A stretch of DNA of 64,000 bases from Neophaeotheca triangularis (lineage: Eukaryota): NCBI GenBank assembly GCA_054600435.1, contig BAAIJX010000072.1, positions 1 to 64,000 on the forward strand, in the 5' to 3' direction. Below are positions 21,316-34,240 of this stretch, one piece after another; position 1 is the stretch's first letter; each line of letters starts with the position of its first letter. The position numbers were made by a program, and so were the translations under genes. The notes under the pieces were generated by a model. It was not told the origin of the DNA and searched no databases. It saw only the letters and a list, made by a program, of their open reading frames with translations.

Positions 21316-23977
21316 CGGCACGTGGAAAGCGAGCGGAAAGCGTGCAGCACAAATGCTGTACTTTACCGCGGTGGTGCTATGCTGGTCCCGTACGATTGAT
21401 CATGGTGATGTGAGCCGACCAGTTAGAGAAGTGGTTGTAGCTCGAAACCAACAAAAGGCACATATGAGGTATATATCCATCTACAATCTACACGCACATG
21501 TCGTTGTTGTTGATTAGAGTTGGAGTATTCGGGTAGGGATAAGGTAGGGTAAGGTAAGGTATCTAGACTTTGACCCCTCATGCAGGTTCCCCGTCTCGAA
21601 AGCGGGTTAGTGTACCTTTAATCCAGTCGGCCATAGTAGTTAACCTCGAGCTCGAGCTCCATCTTCTCAAGGTTGATTCTGTATATGTAGGTACCTGTAG
21701 CTCCTATAGCCAGCAGTAGGCGGGCAGAGAATCTCGGCACGTATTTCTAGTCGATACTACTGCCGGACAATACCCAAAGACGCTTGAGAGAGGAGGTGCC
21801 GCTGCTTAAAGTCTCGACAAACGACAAAAACCGCTCTAAAGTCCCTTATCAGCCACTTAACCTGCTAATAATGCCCTTGCCTCCCTTTCCTTTGCGGCAT
21901 AGTGTTTACAATGCCCATTAAATACCAACCAAAGCCAATTAAAAGGCACCTTTTATTCCATATGTAGGGTTAGATTGCGGCGACTGCAGTAGTCGGCCGT
22001 GGCGCGCTTGCTCGGCGGCTATTCTGCACAACAAGGGCGCTCTTCTTTTGCGGGGTTGTGTCTGTATCTGAAGACTGGAAGGAGGGTATGGGATCTGCCT
22101 CTTCCTCCGTGGATTGGGACGGGAGTGAAGGTGGGTTGGGTGGGTTGGATCTTCGTTTTGGTGCTGTTGCTAGGGTTTTGATGGGGGGTTTGGCCTGCCG
22201 CTCGATCGATGTTGAAGAGCTGTCGTGTACCTTACTAGCCTACTTTGTACCCGAGCCTGCAGCTGCGGCGTCTCTCGCGTGAATTGGATGCGCCGGCGGG
22301 AGTTGGTAATGGAAAGGGTGTCACCCCGTTGTAGTCGATGGGTTGGAATTGTACGTTTGAGTCGCTCTTTAGTCACGAAAGAGCCATCTAGGCCCCCATG
22401 TCCGGGCGTTATTGGCATCAAGACAGTTTCATTCGATTCGATTCAACTCGACTCGAGTTGATGGCCCAAGCCTTGTCAGCTATAGACCTAGAAGAAACCG
22501 CATCGTTAGCCCTAGGCCTCCAAAACATTCTCCTGACTCTCTAGCGCTCCAGCTGTAAAGGTCCTTCAGACATAAAATTGAGAAGATTGTAGTATACGCT
22601 GGCGTGTAAGCATGACAGTCCCAGTCCCCAACCCAGATCAGTCTGGGAAGGGAAGACGTTCTTATGGCCCCAGCGGTCGTCATCATTGGATTTCAAAGGG
22701 GGTATCGGTGGAGAAAAGGGTACTGGCTTACTGTGGTGGTGGTTTGGTAGGAAGAGTTGCTCGACCTGAAAGCAAAGTCTTCGCCTTCACTGCTCGGAGC
22801 GTGGGTAGTGGCTTTTGCCATGATGTCTAGAGCTGGGGTGTGTTCCCGACTACTATTGCCTTGTAGACTGGGTAAGTCGGCAGTAACCAGTAGTAGCCAG
22901 TACCACTAGATGGGCATGCGCGTGCCACGGAAACTCTGGTCTAGTCGAACCACAGCCGTGTTCACCGCATGCCAAAGATACTTACTATACCTTACATGGA
23001 TGAATAGAAGGCCCATCAAGCCTCGGCGATCTTCTAGACTCGCCGCTCAATGCCGAATCACAATCTCCTTCGCAACCCTGCGGGAGTCTTAGGGCATCTT
23101 GGGTAGGCGGACGGGCATCTTCGCTCCGGGAAGCTGGGGGCGATGAGGCCAGAAGCTTGAGCGTGCAAAAATCTCCGAAGTAGACTTCCTTAGGTGGTGT
23201 CACTGGTGTGGCGACGGTAAGAGGAGTGGGAGGGTGGAAACTTGAAAGGGTTGAAGAGGGGTGTCGACGAGCATGGCCGAAGAAGGCGGATGATTGTGTA
23301 TTGTGTATTGTGTGTATTGTGTAGGTATTGTCAGTCTGCACGGAGGCGTGTGTGGCCGGAGCTTGGGTTTGTCGGCTTGCGATTGGATTCGGGAAGCTTA
23401 CTTACCTCTAGTACTAGTACCAAGTACTTGCTACTGTAGGTACTGTAGGTACGCATCCATGCCCGTTCGAACTTCGGTGACGTTTGGCCTGTCGTCGTCG
23501 GATGAACATGGGAATTGTTGCATGTCTTGATATAACTTAGTGCAGTTTCTTGCCAGGACCATCAGGTGCATGATGATATGCTAGTTAATCTACTACTGCG
23601 ACAAGCACATTATTCATAGTATTTCCGGCCAAGGACGACAACACTATTGTCTCTTTTATTGTACTTTTACCCACCCCATACGCTACCGGACTGCTTGCGC
23701 GGCGTCTTCTCACTCTTGCAGTAATACCTACCGTGACCTACCTAGCCAGCACTTGAATACCACTCGGCCTACTCCCTTTCACGGCGCTGGTGCGCCTTCA
23801 CCTACCTCTCTCAAGTCACCACCTCTCTTCCCACTGTCTTTCCTGATCTTGCAATACTCGCCCTCCAGGATGCCCCCACTGCAGAGTGCCTCCTCACTCA
23901 ACAGCCTACCATAGTCCTCTCACCGCAACCGTCAATCCTCACCCCCCCGCTCCCCCCTTTCAAGGCAAGACTCGACC

Positions 23978-26245
23978 ATGTCCTCCTTCTGGCAACGCGT
24001 CAAAAGCGGCGGCAAGACCGGCTTCGACAAAGCCTACAACACCATCGATAAACTCGGCCCCCCAGTCAACAAACTCAGCAACAAACTCGGCAGCGAAGCC
24101 TTCTGGCCAACCACTCTCGACAAGGAAAGCGACAAAGCCGCGCGGATCCTACGCTCGTTTTGCAAAGATGGCTTCTACACTGAAGTCGAAGAGCGGAGGC
24201 CTGGCGCCGACGACGGCCCGGCGCAGAAACAGCGCGTGCTCAAGAAGATTCCCACAGAGGTTATACGCAATGCAAAGGGCTTGGCCATTTTCACTACCAT
24301 GCGGACGGGGCTGTGGTTTTCCGGAGCCGGAGGTGCGGGCGTGTTGATTGGGAGGTTGGAGGACGGGAGTTGGAGCCCGCCCAGTGGGATTATGCTGCAT
24401 ACGGCGGGCTTGGGGTTTTTGGTCGGGGTGGATATTTATGATTGCGTGGTTGTTATCAATACGCAAGAGGGGTTGGATGCTTTCTCGAAGCTCAGGTGCA
24501 CCCTTGGGGGCGAGGTGGCTGTCGTTGCTGGGCCTGTGGGTGCTGGGGGGATGTTGGAGTCGGAGGTGCATAAGAGGCAGGCGCCGATCTTTACTTATCT
24601 GAAGAGTAGGGGCTTTTATGCAGGGGTGCAGATTGATGGGACTATTGTTGTCGAGAGAACTGATGAGAACGAGCGGTTTTACGGTGAGCGGATTAGTGTT
24701 GGGGAGATTTTGAAGGGCAAGGTGCGGCATCCACCGGTCGAAGTACGACAACTGCTTGAGACTGTCCGAGCAGCGCAAGGCGACAAAGACGTGGACGAAT
24801 CCATCGTTCCCTCTGAGCCACCACCGGGGGATTTGGAAATCGATGATGGTTCAATCTTCGGTGTTCCCGAGAAAGCAGATCCAGACCCCTACGGCGTTCT
24901 CGCCCTCGAAAAAGAAGGCATGGGCCTGGTCGAAGCGGGCACCAAAAAGCGCGCGAGCTGGCAAGAATTCGACTTCCACCCAGCACCCAGCAGCCCAATC
25001 TTTTCTACCTACTCCCGCAACAGCCAAGACCGCGACAGCAAAAGCACCCGCACCATGTCGCGGCACAACAGCTGGCGCGCCAGCGCTTTTAGCAGCATGA
25101 ACAGCGCCGCCACTGCCGGCTCTCACCCGACCGACTCCCCCTCGACCTCCAAGCCCACCACCACCAGCAGTCTCCGCCCGAGCATGGACCGCGCGCGCCC
25201 CAGCTACGCAGAATCCAGCACACAAACGGATTTTCCGCCGGAACCCAGCGGGCCTTCTCAAGGTCACAGCTATCGCCACAGCAGAACGAGCAGCAAAGAA
25301 AGCGTGCGCTCCAACTCCGGCTTGTCGCGGCGTCAAAGCAGTCCAATGCAGGATTTGCCCGAAAATGGCGTCCTCACGGTCTCGACGGGAACTCACCGCA
25401 ACGCTGAGACTTCTACCTCGAGTCCTGCAAAGACGTCAACGACGGAGAACGGCTACACGACCCCGCCGCACACACCCCCGGCCAACACTCAGGGCGAAGC
25501 CTCCTTCCACAGCACAGCACGCCCATCTTCGACCCACGACCGCAAACCCTCTACCTCCCCCTACAACTCCTCCGACGACATCTCAGCCCCCGGATCTGAC
25601 TCTGACGCTGACTCCGACACCGACTCCGAAGAACCAACCATCCACTCCATCGCCTCAGTGCAAACAGCACAAACGGCAAAAAGTCTGCAAAACCCCGCCC
25701 AACCACCCTACCAACCGCAGCAACATCAAACCCAACACCAAACCCAACAATCCCAACCCCCAGCTTCCCCGCAAAGAGGCCTAGCCGCCAAAGCCCGCCT
25801 GGTCACCGTTCCAAAGCGAATGCCCCCAAAATTGCCCGTGCGGAATCCTAACCGCGGGCAAGCCGGGCCAATGGTCGTTGGGATCGGAAGCGGGAGCGCG
25901 GACAAAGGGGACCAGACTGCCGTCCAGACTGAAGGGGAGAGTGGTTCGGATCTAGGTCTAGGACGGGGACAGGAGAGCGCGGGGCTCGAGAGTGGGGGGT
26001 GGAAGCAGAGTCCCTTGGATAAAACTCACGATGCGCGGGACCGGCGGGTTGGCGACGGGAGCGAGGCTGATCGCGGAGAGGAAGGTGCTGGGGCCGGCGC
26101 TGAGCGGGATTCTGGGGATGATGGACTCCCGTCGGAAGCTGAGTCGGGAGAGAAGGCATCGGCTGACGCTCGCGGAGTGAAAAGCGAGGCCGTCACCGCT
26201 TCTGGCAAAGAGGAATGGGAGAGGGTGATGCCCGGAGGTTGGTGA
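23978..26245 (+). CDS. Ysc84/Lsb3-type SYLF (DUF500) actin/lipid-binding domain protein without SH3
   Basis: 755-aa single-exon ORF. Motifs LDKESDKAARILRSF, AKGLAIFT, WSPPSGI, TLGGEV.V.AGPVG and YLKSRGFYAGVQIDG..ERTDENERFY. Long disordered tail with PPKLPVR. Confidence 0.88.
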   Translation: MSSFWQRVKSGGKTGFDKAYNTIDKLGPPVNKLSNKLGSEAFWPTTLDKESDKAARILRSFCKDGFYTEVEERRPGADDGPAQKQRVLKKIPTEVIRNAKGLAIFTTMRTGLWFSGAGGAGVLIGRLEDGSWSPPSGIMLHTAGLGFLVGVDIYDCVVVINTQEGLDAFSKLRCTLGGEVAVVAGPVGAGGMLESEVHKRQAPIFTYLKSRGFYAGVQIDGTIVVERTDENERFYGERISVGEILKGKVRHPPVEVRQLLETVRAAQGDKDVDESIVPSEPPPGDLEIDDGSIFGVPEKADPDPYGVLALEKEGMGLVEAGTKKRASWQEFDFHPAPSSPIFSTYSRNSQDRDSKSTRTMSRHNSWRASAFSSMNSAATAGSHPTDSPSTSKPTTTSSLRPSMDRARPSYAESSTQTDFPPEPSGPSQGHSYRHSRTSSKESVRSNSGLSRRQSSPMQDLPENGVLTVSTGTHRNAETSTSSPAKTSTTENGYTTPPHTPPANTQGEASFHSTARPSSTHDRKPSTSPYNSSDDISAPGSDSDADSDTDSEEPTIHSIASVQTAQTAKSLQNPAQPPYQPQQHQTQHQTQQSQPPASPQRGLAAKARLVTVPKRMPPKLPVRNPNRGQAGPMVVGIGSGSADKGDQTAVQTEGESGSDLGLGRGQESAGLESGGWKQSPLDKTHDARDRRVGDGSEADRGEEGAGAGAERDSGDDGLPSEAESGEKASADARGVKSEAVTASGKEEWERVMPGGW

Positions 26246-27190
26246 GCTACTGCGCGTCGTCGGGTGGTCGCATGGGCCGAAAGTTTGACATGAGAAGTTT
26301 GGAAGGTTTTCGATCACGATGCATGGTTCAGCACGATGCTACTTCTGGGGCTTTACGATTTTTTTTCCTATTTTAAATGGCTTTGGGGGTAAATTCCGCT
26401 TTTGGCATGGCGCTAGGAGGCGCCCTGGCTTCTATTCTTCTTCTTTCTTTGGGAGGGGGTAAGGAAAGGGCGTTTTCTGCTCGCTTGCTTGCTTGCTCGC
26501 TCGCTCGCTCTTCTCCTCTTCTTTTCCCCCGAGAACCATAGAACCGTCTCGCTGCTGTCGAGTGAGGGGAGAACCAGCTGTAGGGGTGGTACATACTCAT
26601 CCCCCCCCCCCCCCCAACCAGCCGGGCTTTCGGATAACACGCCGGTAACAACGAGGTTTCCCATCTGAGTTCCAGCTCCACTGGACGTGTGTACGTCTCT
26701 ATCCATCTACTGTGTCTATGAATCGACGAAGTCATGGCTTCGTTTCTTGAGAGGGGCTGGCTATCAGGGAAGAAAAATGCGGGTTGGAAGCTTCTTCCAT
26801 CGCGTCTAAAAGCTGCGAGCGCTTGTGACCTTTTTTTTTTTTTTTTGAATTTGTCGCGTGCTTCGTTGTCTGGGTACTTCCTTCCACCTTTACTGGGGTA
26901 CACTGAAGACGTTTCGTGTATGTTTGTACATAAGCGAGCTAGCTACCTAGATGCTAAGGTGTACCGTGCTGTACTATGCCATCACCCCCCGTGGGATTTT
27001 CGAGACTGGCCAAGAAAGGCTTTCATGTTCATGAGCGTGACGCTGGCATTGTGCACGGAGTGACCGGTAGAGAGAATGATCGCTGCTTAATCGCCACAGA
27101 GGGAACTCATGGTGCCCGTGACTGGAAGTACTCATCTAAACCCCACCACTTCTCCATCCCAGCATCCCAAAAAAATCACGCCCCCACCCC

Positions 27191-30100
27191 CTACTGCCTA
27201 ACAACCGCCCAAATCGCCACAGCCCCCACAACAACCACAGCCACAAACCCGAGCTCACAGCCCGCCCAAATCAACGCCTCTCGCCTGACACCAGCGCTCA
27301 CCCCGCCAGCCCTTCCCCCAGTCCTCCGCCGCACCAAAACATCGAGCCAACCAAATCCCAGCGCGAGCGCCAGCGGCAAAACCCAACAAAACCTCGCCAA
27401 TAACGCCCGGCTGGCTTCCTCCCGCTCTCGGTCCGTGGGTCTGGCTTGGAGGGCTGGAGCCCTGGTCGTGCGGGGAGCTTCTGTGACGGGAATCCGTGGT
27501 CGTCGCCCCGCTTGCTGCCCTACCCGGCGCGTGGTGGAGCGGTGCACCGTGTAAGGCGAAGCGGAGGCGGCGACGGTGGGGAATTCGGTCCAGCGGACGT
27601 GGGTTTGGTAGAGCTCCGAGTCTGTGAGGCGGCGGTGGAAACTCTGGGGCCGGAAGGTTGTCGCTGGTAACCGGAGGTTGTGGAGGTTGCGTTGGCCGGT
27701 TGTTGATGCTTGGCCTCGTGCGGAGCGGGAGAGGGTGGAGGGAGTAGGGCGGTCGGGGAGGCGGGCGAAGGGGCCAGAGGGGGAGGGGATGTTTGGGCGC
27801 GAGAGGGGCGAGGGGGCGGCGGCGGGAATGTCAGTGCCCGTTTTGAAAGTGTTGACGGTGGGGCTCCAGAGAAGGCCCTGTCGCTCTTCTGCTGGCTTGG
27901 CGACTGGGCCTGAGAAGAGACGTCTGAGACTGTTAGGAGCGCTGGGACGTCTCGGCGTCGGTGGTCCCTGCTCTTGTGTGCGACGTGTATCTCTTGCGCT
28001 GATAATCATGCTGGCATTGCGAATCACTGCAGGGTTCCTCTGACGGATTGCCTCGAGTTGCACGCGATCCGCAGCGCGCCGATCTTGCAGCTTGCGCCTT
28101 GGGCTGTTCACACCAAGCTGCGACGTCTCGTTATGTGCCTCGAGCTCGTCACCAAGGATGCGCAAAGCTTCGTGCTGATCTTGCTGGAATTGCTGCGAAG
28201 TCGGGCTAGGTCCACCAAAGTCCAGGCTAGGGACCTGGGGGATCGTTTCCGTGCTCCTCACCACCCTCGAGTTGATCAACCGCCCTTCTGAGCGCTGCTC
28301 CCCGTAGGCATGATCGCGGTAGCCAATGGTATTTCTCGCAATACTTACCCGTCGGGTCGCAGGCGACGGCAGCGGAGGCATGATCTGGTTGGCTCGGGCG
28401 TGAATAAGATCGATGTTGCTGCCGTAGTGGCTGGTATTTGCATAGCTAGTCGCATCGCTGACAGGTCTTTTCTCCTGTCGTCTCTGGGGGCTATATATTG
28501 CAGATTCGGCATCCCCAGCCTCGGTAACCCAGTCATCACCGTCATGAATCGCGCTTGGAGCCTGAGGAATGCCACGAGGGATCTCGATGCCCCTCGATGA
28601 GCTTGCTGCAGCTGGTTGCTCGGGAATGCCGTAGTATGGCGACGAAGTAGTGAGGGCCAATCCGATCTGCGACGGACGATGCGGACCGTAAGCAGTGCCC
28701 GGCCTTGCACCTAATCCTTCTCCAGTCACGAGCTCTGCTTGGCTGCCCATGGAGTATTGACGGCTGCGGAGCGTAACCTGGCTCTGACGCTGTGGGCCTT
28801 CCAGCATTGCCTCGTAAGGTCTCATACGCAAAAGCTCCCCAGTATCTCCGTAAGTCTGCTCAGTAGAAGGGACATCGGTGGATTCCAGAGGATATGCCGC
28901 ACCAACATCGTCAACGCGCCGAGGAGTGGGAAGATGGGTGCGTGGAGGGGCTGTGAGAACAGCGACATCCTCGAAAGGGTTGGGCACGAAAGAAGCCCGC
29001 TGCTCGAGAGGAGCCATGGTCGTACGCCTGCTCTCTCCAGCCTGTGTTGTCTGGGCAGGCGAGGAGAGGTTTTCGGCGTAATAGGCGAGAGGACCACGAG
29101 GGTGCATAGAAGCAGCCGTGTGAGTAGGCGTAGCCGTCGCCAGGTTGTGCTCCGTGAGCGGCAGGGGAGAGCCCGTAGCATATGACCTGGTGTGGTCATA
29201 TTCACCGATGATGTTATCGAGATCAGTGTCTTGACCACTAGTATAGTAGTTGCTACTATAATGAAGTCAATTCGTAAGAGGTTCCTCATCATGGGGAGCG
29301 GGAATATATAGATGCTTGGGAAGAGGCATCAGTTACGTACGCATGGTCGTACGTGTAGTCGGGGCGTGGGCGGAGCTCCCCTTCTGATTGATAGAAACTA
29401 TCATCACTGACTTTGGAGCTGCGGCGGATGGCCATCATCTCGTCGATACCACGCTGGTAGTTGAGGTTCTGTTCCCCTTCGGATATCTCAAAGGGGTTGC
29501 TGAGGACGCCTGAGTTCTCACTGGGGAGGTGGGTACTAGCGTTGTCTGTTTGGTGGAAAAGTGAGTGAGGCGCCAGCAAAGCGCGGTCTTGTCATAGCTT
29601 ACCTTCAGTCCGGCTGGCAACTTCGTAGTTGTAGGCAAAATCATCGTCCATTGGCTGCATCTCTACATCTGCTTCTGCTGGGGACTGCGCGCGACCATCG
29701 TTGTTTCGGCTTCCAAAAAGATTTCCGAAAGTGTTGACAATGCTGCGACGGAAGTTGCCCTGATGACCGCCAACATTCAAGGGGCGTGGTACAGGATCCT
29801 GAGTATTGCTTGTGGTATGTGGAGTGGTATTTGCTCGCGGCATTGTCCCTGCTGGTGAAGTTGAACTTCCTCTTTGAGCGGGGTTGCTAGAAGCAGATTG
29901 ACCGGGAAGCCTCATGATGTTGCGCCGAGCGCTATCGGCATCTTGGTAAAGCCGAGCGCGCCTGGAAGATTCGCTGGGCGAAGACAGCGACAGCTGTGAA
30001 GGTGTAGAGAGTTGGTCAGGCATTTCGTCGGGGTGTACTATGTCGAAGTAAGAGTCGATGAGTCCGTCAATTTCGGCGGGGGTCTCGAAGTTTTGAGAGC

Positions 30101-31126
30101 CAAGGCGGAGGGATGCGTGTGGGTTGACTAAGTCAAAAGAAGTGCCTTTGTAGTGTAGTGTTGCTGGACTTTCTGAGGGGGAATCTTCCGTGAGGTGTCC
30201 TTGGAAATCGCACGTTAGCTGCGGAAGTTTTATTCACTCTCCTCAGCAAAAAACTCACCAAATGTGCCCTGCCACCCGCAGCTAGGGGGAGGTGGAAATT
30301 GGAATCGCGATAGGGATAGCGAGGAGGTTGTAGCAAATTCTTTCTCCAGGGATTTGCTGTTATGTGAGCTTGCAAAGGTCGAGCTCAGGCCCTCGAATCT
30401 GACTGTTCGTTGCCGAGGCCTCGATGTATTCACACTTGGTTGATTTGGATCTTCCGCAGAAGCTTCAGAGGAGATATTGTCGAGGTCTTTCAATTGCTGG
30501 TAGTCTGTATCGTCGGAAGTTGGATAATTCCCGAAAGGTCCGCGACCAAGGTCTGTAACTGCAGCGTGGACTTCCCAAAGACCGCCTACGCTGTGCGGGA
30601 GACGTTTGGCTTGCTTGAAAGGGGTGAACCTTCGTTTAGTGCGGATGGGTTCTTGGGAATTTGCAGCCGGCCAAGTCCACTCCAAGGGCGAGCAGGGGAG
30701 CGAGGGATAGGGTTCGCTTGCAGCTATTGATGGCGCAGTAGTGATAGATGATGAGAGAGAAGGCGTCACTGTAGCTGGTCTTCGAGTTGGTGTAACAAGT
30801 TTAGCAGACGAATTTGGCGCGGTAGTGTGGCGCGGTGTGTGTGATGACGCAGGAGCGGGCCTTGGCGTCGAGGCAGAAAGGGGTGAGCCGGTGAGGTCTT
30901 GGAGGGACTGCTTCCGACGAACGCACTGGGGACCGGGTCTAGAGGTTACGATTGCTGGTGAAGGGAGTTGACTGTGACCCTCATATGGTGGCGTGTAATC
31001 GACAGTGTGTTGTGTATCAGGTGCATGGTGTGGGTGTTGTGTAAAGTAGTCCCCTGAGAGGCGCAGCGTGGGTGTAGTGAGGTTGTAGCTAGGGGCCAAT
31101 CTCTGCCCGGCAAATCCCGACACCAT
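27191..31126 (-). CDS. Large low-complexity hypothetical protein with C-terminal transmembrane segments
   Basis: Four ORF segments join in frame through introns 30258-30200, 29602-29546 and 29340-29256. Contains FQFPPPP...SPATLHYKGTSFDLVNPHASL. Hydrophobic C-terminus (FCWVLPLALALGFGWLD; LGFVAVVVVGAVAIWAVV). The 5' end is uncertain. Confidence 0.6.
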
Positions 31127-32971
31127 AACAAAGAAGAAAGACTGAGCGTTGTTGACTTCTCGCACAGCCAGTCGGAACTTAACAAGGTGCTACTCGCTTT
31201 GGGATACGATTTTAGGTATTTGATTCAAGTCCAGTCACGACGTCAGATGAATCGGGCCAGTTCCAGGATCTCGACAGTTCAAGCGCCAATGACCGACTCA
31301 GCCATATCTCAGAGTTTCCAGATCGCGAAAGGCCTGCTTCAATCGGGGACTTATTCCAAAGCGTATCCAAAGGAAGACAATACGCAACCAGAGCGTGATT
31401 AGCAAGCGAACGACCCAAGCCGTGCGTGACACTTCCACGCAAACAACAGCACTACCAGCCAGATGGGGAGAAATGATACCTCCTAGGACCCGGGGTTTTC
31501 TGCCGTCCTCCCTCTGGACTGATGGACAACGAGCCAGCGGGATGAATTGAGGAGCTTGTCAAGATGGACCAGATGCACTGCTCGAGATGTTCGCGGTGTA
31601 GTCATCGGTCTTGGTGCCTGCCCAGTAGATATACCCGAATTGGAAACGGGAAAGAAAGGTTTGGAGAGAAGGGAAAGCCAGGCCCACCGTGAATGAATGA
31701 AGGCAAGGCAAGAGTCGTCGGTATCAGAGACCTCACTCTTTTTTCAATGAACGCAACCAATCCTTCTTTTGCACCTACCTTTGAGCCAAGTGGAGGTTGT
31801 GCGCACGCTGCGACGCGATGGTGTGCCGACGACGGCCCCGTGCAAAGAAAAAGGCGTAAGAGGCATGCATGGATGGATGCCCGTGTAGTAGTAGTGTCTG
31901 ATGGTCTGGTGGTGCTGCCCATTTTCGCCCTTCCAATGAAGTCGTCTCAAGCCTCTCGGCCGAGATTGCCCGAATTCCGGTGCCAAACTTTTGGCTCCAA
32001 TCAGCGAGCTTGTCCTGCAAAACACCGCCCAAACGACCTACCAAAGCCTGCCAAAGCCTGCCGAAGCCACACAAAAGTGTCTCAGAACGCCCTGCCAGTG
32101 GTGCGGCGAGTTGGCGACTTTCAAATTTCTTGGGCGGGTGCCACCGCCGGATATGCGTGTCATGCTTGCATGTGCCGCGTCGACGGGCCAATCCGCTTGC
32201 TGACCTGGATGACTGCCGACACCGACGAACAGCTACGGGGCAAGGATCCGATCCGGGAGACTGGTCGTCTGACGACTCCGCCATGACGGACGGTTGGTGA
32301 GCGGAGTGAAGATGGTGTCGTGGCGAAGAAGACCGGACGGTTTTCTGGAAGGCCTGGCAAGTGTCCCCCACGCCTATAATAGGAGACTGAATCACTTCGG
32401 AACTTCTTCTGAAGGATTCGAGCCAGGTCTACATGAACATCATCTCGATCCAATACCACCGTATAATTGATTAGCCCGTCAATGATGTCAATCGCGACTT
32501 AAGCGCTGGGCCGGGGATGACTTTTCCCTTGAAGCTCACATTCAAGTCCGACTTAACTTTCTTGGAGCGCTGGAGACTGCTGGACCATGTTGCAGCGGCA
32601 TTGCAGCGACGGCTGGACTTCGCGAAGATCTGTATTTTGGACGGAATCCCTCAAAAGGGTTTGTGATTAAGAACAGAGGGAACGTGTCGTCTAATCAAAT
32701 CGCGAGGAAAACAAGTGAATTTCGCGTTGTAGTATAGGCGGTCGATAAGACGTAGCAGCATTATCACGCTCCTCCCCAACGCCTGAAAGTGGCAGCAGGA
32801 ACATGGACATAGCTATCGATTTAGACTATACATTATCTTCAGGGGTCGATAGTTGGCTTGATCGGTTCTTGCACGAGGAGCACGCGGTGCGCAAAAGCGA
32901 CAGGGGTATAGTGCAAAATCAGAATGCAACAAATCCAGAGAACCACGCTCGAACCAACAAACTTCTCGTTC

Positions 32972-33847
32972 TCAGCAACACTTGCCTCCGCTCCCGCCTC
33001 CAAGATCCAACAACCCACCCTTCCTCCGTCTTTTGCGCATAGATCCATAGCCATCACTCGTCAGCGAGCCAAAAGCAGTCTTGATACTACTACTTCCGTC
33101 GTCCACCCCAAAAACATCAGCATCCCCATACTGAATCCCGCTCAACGGGTCCCCAGGATCCACATCCCCTAGTTCTATCTTCGTAACCACCGACCTGGCC
33201 AGCTTATGAAAAACCTCATCTACCCCCTCCCCCGTCAACGCCGACACCTCAAGCACAGTAGGAATCCCCTGCCTCTGGGCCCAAGCCGCGGCAGTCGAAG
33301 CCTCGACGGCCCTCCCCCTCTTCGCCCCGTCTCCCTCTTTCGAATCCACCAACCCCCTCTCCCCCTCCCCCAACAAGTCACTCTTACACCCAACTAAAAC
33401 CACACTCAACCCCTCCCCCGCAAGCGCCCTGGCATCCCCCAAAAACTCCCCCAACCCCTCAAACCCATTCCGACTACCAACATCATAGCAAAGAATCGCA
33501 CCGGCCGCTCCCCGGTAATAACTCCGACTCACGCTCCGAAACCGCTCGGTGCCAGCGGTGTCCCAGAGTTGCAACTTCACTCGTTTCCGACCCTGAGACC
33601 CGCTGTCGCCGACGCGGATGATTTTGGATGCGAATTCCACGCCGATGGTTTGCGAGGAGAGGGCGCGGAAGCTTTGGTGCGTGAAGCGGTGGAGGAGGCA
33701 GGATTTCCCGGTTCCTGATGGGCCGAGGAGGATGATTTTGAGGAGGTAGTCGTAGAGGTTGTTGAGTTCTTGTGGTTGGTGGTTGTGGGGGTTGGTAGGC
33801 GACGTCGTGGGGTTTGAGGGTGCGGAGCCCCGGCTGCGCGTGGACAT
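32972..33847 (-). CDS. Rab4/Ypt4-like small GTPase
   Basis: YDYLLKIILLGPSGTGKS (G1), TIGVEF (G2), WDTAGTERFRSVSRSYYRGA (G3/RabF), CKSD (G4), EVSALTG (G5) and a C-terminal CC geranylgeranylation motif. Confidence 0.9.
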   Translation of the reverse strand: MSTRSRGSAPSNPTTSPTNPHNHQPQELNNLYDYLLKIILLGPSGTGKSCLLHRFTHQSFRALSSQTIGVEFASKIIRVGDSGSQGRKRVKLQLWDTAGTERFRSVSRSYYRGAAGAILCYDVGSRNGFEGLGEFLGDARALAGEGLSVVLVGCKSDLLGEGERGLVDSKEGDGAKRGRAVEASTAAAWAQRQGIPTVLEVSALTGEGVDEVFHKLARSVVTKIELGDVDPGDPLSGIQYGDADVFGVDDGSSSIKTAFGSLTSDGYGSMRKRRRKGGLLDLGGGSGGKCC

Positions 33848-34240
33848 TGTTGTGTTGGTGTTTACCTGTGAATTTCACTGCAAGTGCAGGAGTGGTTTTG
33901 TGTTTTAGGGTGGCATTGTTGTAGGTAGTCGTCGTACCGCGCTGTTACTGAAGCATACCTTACCTTGTTGCCTTATCTACGATAACAGTGAGGTACGCTG
34001 TTATCGCAATAGCGCGTTTCGCACGGGCCATCTGTCGCCAAAGGTCACCTGGGCAAGCACGGTCTGCCATACCTTCTAACGCACGCACCTACAGTAAGTA
34101 CCTAAAGGTTGCCTGGAGGTACCTCCCCACCGTGTCACGCTCTTCCATTGCTTTGTTCAACGGGCGACCGCCAATACAAACCGCTCCATCAACGACTACC
34201 TACTAGTACACACCCGTTTCGACGCCGCCATCAAGACACC

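Noticed and set aside
21965..21973. TAGGGTTAG / CTAACCCTA as a possible telomerase RNA template (also CCTAACCC at about 14534)
   Set aside because: Several 8-9-mers of the telomere repeat are expected by chance in 64 kb. No recognisable pseudoknot or CR4/5 element was seen, and for the 21965 site there is too little gene-free room downstream.
29289..29340. Apparent premature stops splitting the 27191-31126 gene (readthrough or RNA editing)
   Set aside because: The stops fall inside canonical, phase-compatible introns (29340-29256, 29602-29546).
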